From positions 14,063 to 78,062 of the forward strand of contig CALWPG010000006.1 of NCBI GenBank assembly GCA_944383375.1: a DNA stretch of 64,000 bases. Direction: 5' to 3'. The translations under genes were made by a program, and so were the position numbers. Below are positions 38,218 to 46,167 of this stretch, one piece after another; the stretch's first letter is position 1; each line of letters starts with the position of its first letter. Under the pieces are notes generated by a model. That model made no database searches and was not told the DNA's origin. It saw only the letters and a list, made by a program, of their open reading frames with translations. This DNA comes from an uncultured Clostridia bacterium. Lineage in GTDB: Bacteria; Bacillota; Clostridia; Christensenellales; UBA1242.

Positions 38218-40890
38218 ATGCATATTATTCCTAGAAAAACTAAAGTTAAAATGGAAATAGTAAAAAATGTCACTCTCTCTGACATAATTTTTGGTGTCAT
38301 TGGTGTGGCTGGTGCGCTTGGTTTCTTTTTAAGTAATTTTGCTGGCGGGTTGAATTATTGGATTGGAATTGCGTGGTGTGCTATTATTATTTCTTTGTTC
38401 TTTAAAATCAGTGATGATATGCGTCTATATCAAACATTGGGCTATCTTTTTAGATTTTTAGCGCAAAGAAAAAAATATTCTTTAAGCAAAACCAAGCATA
38501 ATTCTCCTGTACAAGAAATTATTCCATTTGTTGGATTATATCAAGATAGATTTATAGATTTTAAAGAATACTATGCACAGGTTATTGAAATTCAACCAAT
38601 AGTTTTTAGCCTTTTGAACGAATATAAACGAACCATGGTTATAAATACCTTTGCAAATGCACTCAGGCGTTTGACCAACGATCAAACGGCAACACTTGTG
38701 AAATTGAATAAGGCAATGGTTTTAGATAATTATATCTACAATGAAGATAGAAAGTATGACAACCTCTTGGAGCTTCAATATGAAGGTGAGATAACACAAC
38801 GAGAGGTGGAAGTTCGCTCTGGTATTTTTGAAGAACGTGTTTCACAGATGGAAAGGCGCAACAGAGAAGAAAAGATATACAAAGATTATTTTTACTTTGT
38901 GGTTTATGATAAGGACAGAGAGTTGTTGGAAAACACTGTAAATGGTATAATTACAACACTATTGCAAGCAGTTACTCCAATTAATTCAAGACGGTTGGTT
39001 GGCAAAGATCTTCTTGTGTTTTTAAAGGCCAATTATGGTAAAGAATTTGATGAACGTGAACTTGATGCAGTGTCTATGAATAAATACTTTGACTGGGTAG
39101 TTCCGAAAAAAATAAAATTTCAGGCTTCAAAAGTTATTCTTGATGGAAAACCTTATAGACAATTTGCAATTTCCGATTATCCTATCCAAGTTCCAGATGC
39201 TTGGGGTGCATCTTTTTATCTTTTGGATCGTACGAGAATAATTACGAAAATCAAACCACAAAAAAAATACGAATCAGAAAGAGCAATTGATAAAGCTATA
39301 ATGGAGATGGAAGCAAAATTTGCTCGCAGTTCGTCCACAAGTAGGCAAATTGAGAATGAGACCCATCTTGAAACACTGAGAAATCTTTTGGTGAACCTAA
39401 AGAATAACAATGAGCAACTTTATGATGTAAATACCTTCATAATGTGTGAAGATCCAGCACGAAAAGAAGTGCGTGCAATTCTTCGCCAGGAAGGGTTCAA
39501 ATATAGTGAAATGTTTGGTAGACAAGTAGATGCATTCATTAGTAGCAATATTTCAATGCGTGATAATGTTGAAGAATTCAAACGTGGTATTCCAACCACA
39601 TCACTTGCAGCTATATTTCCTTTCATATCCGGTGCATTGCAAGATCCAAATGGATTTTATATTGGTGACAATGAATTTCCTGTGTTCGTAGATTTCTTCC
39701 TTAGAAATAGAGAACGTGTCAACAGTAATATGATGATAATTGGAAAATCTGGCTCAGGAAAATCCTATGCAACAAAGACACTTCTTGCAAATTTTGCGGC
39801 AGATAACACAAAAATTTTCATCTTGGACCCAGAAAACGAATACACCAACCTTGCAATAAATTTAGATGGTAAGGTCATTGATGTTGGTTCCTCTCAAATG
39901 GGAATAATCAATCCTTTCCATGTTATGACGTCACTAAAGGACGATACATTATCACTTACTGCGCAAAAAGATGAGGAAGGCAACGTGATAGACGACGAGT
40001 ATGATTCTAGCGATACCTTTGCTCAGCACTTGCAGTTTTTGGAACAATTTTTTAGAGTCATTTTGGAAGGTATTGAATCCGATCCCTTTGAACTTTTAAA
40101 CTCTCTTGTGGTGGATATGTACAAAGAAAAGGGAATAGATGAAACAACAAATTTCACTACCTTGCCGGCGAGCGAATTTCCTACTTTTGATGATCTTTAT
40201 GACTTGGTTTTAAAAAGATTAAAAACAGAAAAAAATGAGTATGTTTTAAACAATTTAAATGTCGTTGAAACATACGTTAAAAAATTTGCCAAAGGTGGGC
40301 GTAATAGTAAACTTTGGAATGGTCCAACCAGCCTTGAAACAAAGGAAAATTTCATAACTTTCAACTTCCAATCGTTACTTGCCAACAATAACCAAGTTAT
40401 CGCCAATGCTCAGATGCTTATTATATTTAAATACCTAATGAACGAAATCATAAAAAATAAGGACTTTAATGCAAAATATAATGTCAATCGTAAGATCATT
40501 GTTGCCGTCGATGAAGCCCATATGTTCATAAACCCTAAATATCCTATAGCACTTGATTTCATGGCTCAGATGGCAAAACGTATACGTAAGTATGGTGGTA
40601 TGCAAATTGTAATTACACAAAATATTAAAGACTTTGTTGGAACGGCAGAAATTGAAAGGCAATCAACAGCAGTTATCAATGCAAGTCAGTATTCTATGAT
40701 CTTCTCGCTTGCACCTAGCGATATGAATGACTTGGTTGAACTTTATAGAAAATCTGGTGAGATTAACCAACAAGAGCAAGATACCATTGTTACAGCTGGC
40801 GTTGGTCAAGCGTTTTTGATCACGAGCCCTATGAATAGAACAATGGTGCAAATTGTTGCATATGATTATGTAAAAAAATTGTTCTCATGA
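38218..40890 (+). CDS. VirB4/TraE/ConE-family type IV secretion ATPase fused to a PrgI/TcpE (VirB3-like) membrane N-terminus
   Basis: Two N-terminal TM helices (IIFGVIGVAGALGFFLSNF and YWIGIAWCAIIISLFF). VirB4-type N-domain (YYAQVIEIQPIVFSLLNEYKR.., ..GKPYRQFAISDYPIQVPDAWG..). Walker A MMIIGKSGSGKSYATKT and Walker B KIIVAVDEAHMF. SD AAAGGAG. Confidence 0.8.
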   Translation: MHIIPRKTKVKMEIVKNVTLSDIIFGVIGVAGALGFFLSNFAGGLNYWIGIAWCAIIISLFFKISDDMRLYQTLGYLFRFLAQRKKYSLSKTKHNSPVQEIIPFVGLYQDRFIDFKEYYAQVIEIQPIVFSLLNEYKRTMVINTFANALRRLTNDQTATLVKLNKAMVLDNYIYNEDRKYDNLLELQYEGEITQREVEVRSGIFEERVSQMERRNREEKIYKDYFYFVVYDKDRELLENTVNGIITTLLQAVTPINSRRLVGKDLLVFLKANYGKEFDERELDAVSMNKYFDWVVPKKIKFQASKVILDGKPYRQFAISDYPIQVPDAWGASFYLLDRTRIITKIKPQKKYESERAIDKAIMEMEAKFARSSSTSRQIENETHLETLRNLLVNLKNNNEQLYDVNTFIMCEDPARKEVRAILRQEGFKYSEMFGRQVDAFISSNISMRDNVEEFKRGIPTTSLAAIFPFISGALQDPNGFYIGDNEFPVFVDFFLRNRERVNSNMMIIGKSGSGKSYATKTLLANFAADNTKIFILDPENEYTNLAINLDGKVIDVGSSQMGIINPFHVMTSLKDDTLSLTAQKDEEGNVIDDEYDSSDTFAQHLQFLEQFFRVILEGIESDPFELLNSLVVDMYKEKGIDETTNFTTLPASEFPTFDDLYDLVLKRLKTEKNEYVLNNLNVVETYVKKFAKGGRNSKLWNGPTSLETKENFITFNFQSLLANNNQVIANAQMLIIFKYLMNEIIKNKDFNAKYNVNRKIIVAVDEAHMFINPKYPIALDFMAQMAKRIRKYGGMQIVITQNIKDFVGTAEIERQSTAVINASQYSMIFSLAPSDMNDLVELYRKSGEINQQEQDTIVTAGVGQAFLITSPMNRTMVQIVAYDYVKKLFS

Positions 40891-40897
40891 TGTTTAT

Positions 40898-40926
40898 AAT
40901 ACTCGTAGATTAATTACGAGTATTTT
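40898..40926 (+). terminator. Intrinsic terminator after the VirB4-like gene
   Basis: 10-bp stem AATACTCGTA (40898-40907) / TACGAGTATT (40915-40924) running into TTTT. Confidence 0.6.
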
Positions 40927-41031
40927 CAATTAATCAAAAAAAAATAGTATATTTGGCATACATTATAGCATACATATTGATGAATTTTGTTAAAAAATCA
41001 ACAACATATTGAAAAATTGTAAAAATAGGTA

Positions 41032-41060
41032 TTGAAATATTGATCATTATTTGTTATAAT
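41032..41060 (+). promoter_or_regulatory. Near-consensus sigma-A promoter
   Basis: TTGAAA (41032-41037), 17-nt spacer, TATAAT (41055-41060). Confidence 0.6.
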
Positions 41061-41084
41061 ACATAAGAAAAATTGGAGGGGATT

Positions 41085-42857
41085 ATGGTAGAACTTGATA
41101 AATCAAGGTTATCAAAAGCAATACTTGAGGATATGGAAGACTTCGCAAAGACTGGCGAAGATGCTATATATTGGCTTGCAAATGGCAAACAAACATCCAT
41201 TGACAAAATTATCACAAGAATTCAATCTGCAAACATAGAAACGGTGGCAACTTCTGGACTTAAAACTGTGGATGATTGGTCAAAAGCCAACAGGAATTTT
41301 GTTGTTCGCACATCAGTGGCACCGGTTTCAAATGATGAGAAATATTCATCTTTTTCAATAATTGAAAATGAAAATTCATATGGTAAATTGCGCTATCCTT
41401 TGACTGCGTCATTTGCGTCAAAAACATTGCCTTTTTCAACAAAAACTTTTCAGAATTACTCACAACTTATAAACAAAATCAAATCGGCATATAAAGTTAA
41501 AATAATTGAGAAAAACGACAACGAAAGTTTATTTTCCTACAAGAAAAAAGGGAAATTTACTGGCTTTATAAAAAACATAGGTCTGGGTGTGTTGAATTTA
41601 TGCCGAAAGGTTTTTAGGAAAGATAAATACAGATCACAACCTTTGTTTAAAGGTAAGATCAAAATAAACTCATCATTGTCATTAGGCAGTGGGAAGAGAT
41701 ATAAATTCTCTGAACAAGAAAAATTTACTCGCGTAATCTTTGCACTTACTTCCACCACCATTGATGATTTTGCAAAAAAAGATAAAATTAATCTTGACAG
41801 TAAAGTAAAGGCTTTTGCAAATCTTTATGCCAATGTGCTTATAAGCCGCGCAATAAACCATGGTGATGAAAGATCAAACAAGATGGTTGAAACTAGTTTA
41901 ACCTTGCAAATGTCAAATACTTTGGCAGGGTTAAATATTGATGCAAAAACATTAAATCAGGCGAGCAAACTCGGTCTTGATGCTGCGCTGTATACAATAA
42001 ATAAACTTGGGCTTAGCATTGACAATGTGATGGAATCAATGAAAGCATCTGGATACAAATACACAACAACTCCACAAACTATTGAAGAAGCAATTGCGCC
42101 AAAATTTAGTTATATAAATAGTGCTGAAATGGCATCCAAAGCCATAGAGCTTCTTGGTTTGTCGGCAGAAAGCAAAAATGACAAAAAAGTTGATAAAGTT
42201 GATGATGCTTTGAACAATCCAAAACCAAAAGATGTAATTTACATTGCTCCAAAAGTTGATGATGCACTTAACAATCCAAAGCCTGGTGATGTGATTTATC
42301 TTGGGCAAGTGGATAAAGCATCAAAACTTAATGGTGTTAAAAACAGCACTATTTATCTTACAAGAAAATCTGCAGAAAAATATGTGGATAGGGTTGTGAC
42401 TTCTAGACTAAAGAGAAATATTGAAAATACAGTGAAAAAACTTGACAGTTACCAGGGAACAGAAAAAACTGCTTTAAAAGCCAGAAGAAACTATAATTTC
42501 CTTGAACATATGTATACCTTCTATGACAGAAGCAAAGACTTAGATGCTAATCAGTTGCAAGAAAAAGTTGAATCCGAATTAAATAAACAAAACATTGGTG
42601 ACAACATTTATGCACATTCATACGCAAAATCCATAATTGATTTAAGACGTGATGTGGTTGACGGGGTATTTCAAGGGAATGACAAGATTGAAAAACCAGA
42701 AGGAAAGGACACAGCAACTCTCATAAATGAATATACTGAGAAAACCTATGGCTCAAGACTTGCAACGTACATGAATGCTGTGATTAAAGATTGTTTAAAA
42801 ACAGTATTTAAAGAAATTGACGATAAAACTTTTGAGCAAAAAGATTTAACAAAATAA
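41085..42857 (+). CDS. Hypothetical soluble 590-aa protein with an internal tandem 19-aa repeat
   Basis: ATG 41085 is preceded by GGAGGGG (the track ORF starts at TTG 41073). No signal peptide or TM and no motif I recognise. Contains the repeat KVDDALNNPKP(K/G)DVIY. Confidence 0.6.
   Translation: MVELDKSRLSKAILEDMEDFAKTGEDAIYWLANGKQTSIDKIITRIQSANIETVATSGLKTVDDWSKANRNFVVRTSVAPVSNDEKYSSFSIIENENSYGKLRYPLTASFASKTLPFSTKTFQNYSQLINKIKSAYKVKIIEKNDNESLFSYKKKGKFTGFIKNIGLGVLNLCRKVFRKDKYRSQPLFKGKIKINSSLSLGSGKRYKFSEQEKFTRVIFALTSTTIDDFAKKDKINLDSKVKAFANLYANVLISRAINHGDERSNKMVETSLTLQMSNTLAGLNIDAKTLNQASKLGLDAALYTINKLGLSIDNVMESMKASGYKYTTTPQTIEEAIAPKFSYINSAEMASKAIELLGLSAESKNDKKVDKVDDALNNPKPKDVIYIAPKVDDALNNPKPGDVIYLGQVDKASKLNGVKNSTIYLTRKSAEKYVDRVVTSRLKRNIENTVKKLDSYQGTEKTALKARRNYNFLEHMYTFYDRSKDLDANQLQEKVESELNKQNIGDNIYAHSYAKSIIDLRRDVVDGVFQGNDKIEKPEGKDTATLINEYTEKTYGSRLATYMNAVIKDCLKTVFKEIDDKTFEQKDLTK
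42195..42308 (+). repeat. In-frame tandem duplication, 2 x 57 nt
   Basis: 42195-42251 (KVDDALNNPKPKDVIYIAP) is followed directly by 42252-42308 (KVDDALNNPKPGDVIYLGQ). The copies differ at several mostly synonymous positions. Confidence 0.85.
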
Positions 42858-42886
42858 AAAAATTCACCATTTGGGTGAGTTTTTTT
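42855..42886. terminator. Bidirectional terminator between convergent genes
   Basis: Stem TTCACC / GGTGAG (one G-U pair) with a 5-nt loop, flanked by an A-run on the left and a T-run on the right. Confidence 0.55.
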
Positions 42887-43802
42887 ACGCTCTATTTTGA
42901 CAGTTAAACACATTTTTGATTTTATCGGTTACAACATTTTCAATAGACACTTGCACTTCGCCAAAATATTTTTTTGTGTCCACACTAGATGCATCATTAC
43001 TAAAAAATTTGCGAAGAGCCAATGTGGTTGCCATTCTTATATCTGTGTCAACATTGATTTTGCATATGTTGTATTTTGTGCAGGCAAGATTTAGCATCTC
43101 TTTTGGAACACCTTTTGCTTTTTCAATTTTTCCACCATATTCGTTTAATTCATGTATGGTATTTTCATCTACACTTGAAGCACCATGAAGAACAAGTGGG
43201 AAATTTGGTAACTCATTTTGAATTTTTTCCAAAATGTCAAAAGCCAGTTTTGGTTGACCTTGAAATTTATTTATTCCATGGCTGGTTCCAATGGCTATTG
43301 CAAGAGAGTCAACGCCAGTGCGCTCAACAAATTCTTTTGCCTGCTGTGGAGAAGTAAAAAGGCTTTCTGTGCTTATATGTTCATCTTCTACACCTCTTAG
43401 CCTTCCAAGTTCGCCCTCAACTTGAATATCAAATTTGTGGGCATAATCTGCGACCTGTTTTGTCAAGGCTACATTTTGTTCAAATTCATAGGAACTTGCA
43501 TCAATCATTACGCTGTCAAACCCAAGATCTATTGCACGTTTGCAAATTTCAAAATCTTTACCATGGTCCAGGTGAAAAAACATTGGTATGTCATAACATT
43601 TTTTACTTGCAGTGATAAACTCTCTCACATATTCATCTCCCATATAGTTGAGTGCGCCACTTGAAATGGCGACAATAACTGGTGAGTTGTTTTTTTTCGC
43701 ACTGTTTAAAATACCTTTCAAACTCTCCAAATTGCAAAAGTTGAAGGCACCAAGCGCATATCCATTTTTTATAGCATCTTGATAGTAATCAACAAGTTTC
43801 AT
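42885..43802 (-). CDS. fba: Class II fructose-1,6-bisphosphate aldolase
   Basis: ..GYALGAFNF.., FHLDHG, MIDAS, GTSHG and LVLHGASS motifs of class II ketose-bisphosphate aldolases. Confidence 0.85.
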   Translation of the reverse strand: MKLVDYYQDAIKNGYALGAFNFCNLESLKGILNSAKKNNSPVIVAISSGALNYMGDEYVREFITASKKCYDIPMFFHLDHGKDFEICKRAIDLGFDSVMIDASSYEFEQNVALTKQVADYAHKFDIQVEGELGRLRGVEDEHISTESLFTSPQQAKEFVERTGVDSLAIAIGTSHGINKFQGQPKLAFDILEKIQNELPNFPLVLHGASSVDENTIHELNEYGGKIEKAKGVPKEMLNLACTKYNICKINVDTDIRMATTLALRKFFSNDASSVDTKKYFGEVQVSIENVVTDKIKNVFNCQNRA

Positions 43803-43888
43803 TTTTATTCTCCTAATATATTATATATATGCAACTATTTTTTTTCAAATTATTTATATATTTTTTTCCCAAAGCATAAACATATAGC

Positions 43889-44536
43889 ATGAAAAAATAC
43901 GATATCTACATAGTTCTTGGAATGCTAATCTGTGTATTTTGTTTTTTATATAATTTTTCATATGGCAAAACAAAAATGTATAGCCTATGTTCGCAAATAG
44001 AATATGATTATTATTTTTTAAGTTCTCAGTACTATACTGCCGATTTGAGATTCGGTTTGCGTGAGAGTGTGTACAGGCATGACCTTGTGGTGACCCAAAA
44101 GATTCCCTATGGAGTATTGACTGTGAAGTTTTTTGGGGATGTTCCATATGCACAAAACGTAGTTGCAAGACTTTTAATTGACGATGAAGAAATAACATGT
44201 ATTCTCGAAAAAAATCCTTTTGATTCAAGCTTTGTGTGCGATTTAAAAAAAGTCTATAGTCAAAGTGAAATCTCACTTTATGTCGACAATGTAGATTCAG
44301 GCTACACGAAGTTGACTTGTGCAAATTTGAACTTTGAATCAAATTACGACAAAGCTTTAAACTTTGCATTTAAGCAGTTCAAATCTTTCATTGACAAAAC
44401 AAGACAAGTCGAATGTTATCTAACAATTTACAGTGAAGATCAAAGCAATTATTATTGGAGTTTTGTAATATTTACACAAAGCGAAATCAGATTTGTTATC
44501 TTTGATGATAATTTAAATATTATGCTCATGTCTTGA
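43889..44536 (+). CDS. Hypothetical N-terminally membrane-anchored protein
   Basis: N-terminal TM IYIVLGMLICVFCFLY. The plus-strand translation is protein-like, whereas the overlapping minus-strand ORF is H/R/C/L-rich junk. Confidence 0.5.
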   Translation: MKKYDIYIVLGMLICVFCFLYNFSYGKTKMYSLCSQIEYDYYFLSSQYYTADLRFGLRESVYRHDLVVTQKIPYGVLTVKFFGDVPYAQNVVARLLIDDEEITCILEKNPFDSSFVCDLKKVYSQSEISLYVDNVDSGYTKLTCANLNFESNYDKALNFAFKQFKSFIDKTRQVECYLTIYSEDQSNYYWSFVIFTQSEIRFVIFDDNLNIMLMS

Positions 44537-44581
44537 TTGTTTTTAAAAAGTTTGCTACAATAGTCTCACTTGGAGGTTATT

Positions 44582-45646
44582 ATGCAATCTACAGAAAAAC
44601 AAATTGAAAAGGCTTATCTCGTTGGTGTGACATTTTCTAATCGTGAAGACGTAGCTTACAGTTTGCTTGAACTTAAAAATCTATGTGAAACTGCAGGAAT
44701 TATAGCAATTGGACAAACCTCTCAGTATGTCCGTCAAGTCAATCCTGCAACAGTTATTGGCAGTGGCAAACTTGAAGAGATAAAACAGGACATAGATACA
44801 CAGCATGTCGATGTTGTTGTTTTTGACTGTGAACTTTCCGGATCGCAAGCACGCAATTTATCTGACTATTTAAATGTCAAAGTAATTGATCGTATAACAT
44901 TAATTTTGGATATCTTTGCTCAAAGAGCAACAAGTAACGAGGGTAAACTTCAAGTCAAACTTGCACAGTTGAAGTACAATTTACCTAGACTTGCTTCCAT
45001 CAAAGGTACAAGTGGTAGATTTGGGAGTGGCGGAGTAGGTATGCGAGGACCTGGAGAAACCAAACTCGAACTTGACAAAAGAATGGCGCGTGAAGAAATC
45101 CAAAAATTGGAGATTGATATTGAAAGGATAAAAAAGAATAGGCAGGTGCAAAAGCAGGCAAGGACAACAAGTGGTATTTTCAAAGTCGCAATTGTTGGTT
45201 ACACAAATGCAGGGAAAAGCACATTGTTGAATTTAATTACCAAAGCAAGCATCTATGCTGACGATAAACTCTTTGCTACCTTGGATACGACTAGTAGAAA
45301 AGTATATTTGGCTGAGGGAAAGTATATTGTGCTTACTGACACAGTTGGCTTCATCTCAAAATTACCACATGATTTAGTTGATGCGTTCACATCAACTTTG
45401 GATGCCGCAAAAGAGGCAGATTTAATTTTGCATGTCATTGATGCAAGCAACAAAAACTATAAAACTCAAATAGAGGTAGTTGATGATGTTCTAAAAAGCC
45501 TTGGCATAACTTGTCCACAAATCAAGGTGTATAATAAGTATGACAAAGTCGTACAGCGAGAAGAGATGGATGGCATATATATTTCTGCTAAAAACAACAT
45601 CGGCATACAGGAATTAAAAAACAAGATCATTTCCTACATGGAGTAA
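44582..45646 (+). CDS. hflX: GTPase HflX
   Basis: HflX N-domain (..LVGV...ELKNLCETAG..), GPGETKLE, G1 motif GYTNAGKSTLLN and DTVGF. ATG 44582 is preceded by GGAGG. Confidence 0.9.
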   Translation: MQSTEKQIEKAYLVGVTFSNREDVAYSLLELKNLCETAGIIAIGQTSQYVRQVNPATVIGSGKLEEIKQDIDTQHVDVVVFDCELSGSQARNLSDYLNVKVIDRITLILDIFAQRATSNEGKLQVKLAQLKYNLPRLASIKGTSGRFGSGGVGMRGPGETKLELDKRMAREEIQKLEIDIERIKKNRQVQKQARTTSGIFKVAIVGYTNAGKSTLLNLITKASIYADDKLFATLDTTSRKVYLAEGKYIVLTDTVGFISKLPHDLVDAFTSTLDAAKEADLILHVIDASNKNYKTQIEVVDDVLKSLGITCPQIKVYNKYDKVVQREEMDGIYISAKNNIGIQELKNKIISYME

Positions 45647-45757
45647 CACATTTTTATAAAAAACATATAGTGATATGAGCATATGAAAAAAAGCCAAAGT
45701 ACAAAAGACAAAAAGATTTAATTCTTTGATTAAAATACATAATAAAGGAGAAATATT

Positions 45758-45955
45758 ATGAATCTTTTTGGCGGATTTGGTAATTTTGGCCGTGGTGACA
45801 ATAACTGTGTTTGCAACTTAGTATGGTTATTATTCTTACTCTCCATCTGTGGCTGTGACACACAAATGTTTGGTGGCAATGACTGCAGCGGAATAATACT
45901 TTTATTGTTACTCCTATCATGCTGTGGATGCAATACTCCTTGTGGCAACAACTAA
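45758..45955 (+). CDS. Small Cys/Gly-rich hydrophobic protein with internal duplication (YjcZ-like sporulation mini-protein?)
   Basis: SD AAAGGAG 7 nt upstream and its own terminator. 65 aa with 9 Cys and two modules, each Gly/Asn-rich, then Cys, then a Leu-rich helix, then CGC (NNCVCNLVWLLFLLSICGC / NDCSGIILLLLLLSCCGC). Confidence 0.6.
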   Translation: MNLFGGFGNFGRGDNNCVCNLVWLLFLLSICGCDTQMFGGNDCSGIILLLLLLSCCGCNTPCGNN

Positions 45956-45970
45956 TTCTTACATATGAAG

Positions 45971-45998
45971 TCGCACCAGTTTTGGTGCGATTTTTTTT
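45971..45998 (+). terminator. Intrinsic terminator
   Basis: TCGCACC (45971-45977) / GGTGCGA (45984-45990), then TTTTTTTT. Confidence 0.8.
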
Positions 45999-46167
45999 GA
46001 TTTTTTCTTACTATTCGACAAAACAAGTCAACATAATTTGCCTTAGTATCCAAACACTAACTGTGAACAAAGCAGAGACATTGGGAATATTTTTTTGTTA
46101 TTTCGTTGACAAAAAAAATGTTATAGTATACACTCTACTTGTTTAAATTAATCTAGGAGCACTATAT

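Noticed and set aside
41085-42857. Considered the 590-aa protein as a relaxase or coupling protein partner of the VirB4-like ATPase.
   Set aside because: I could find no HUH/histidine-triad-like relaxase motif, no Walker A/B motifs and no TM segments. It is left as unknown.
43854-44369. 171-aa minus-strand ORF opposite the 215-aa plus-strand ORF.
   Set aside because: The minus-strand translation is H/R/C/L-rich and not protein-like. The plus-strand ORF has an N-terminal TM helix and normal composition.
45758-45955. Cys-rich 65-aa ORF as a RiPP or lanthipeptide/sactipeptide precursor.
   Set aside because: There is no adjacent maturation enzyme, transporter or immunity gene; the neighbours are hflX and an adhesin. 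The two Leu-rich helices look like membrane segments rather than a leader-plus-core layout.
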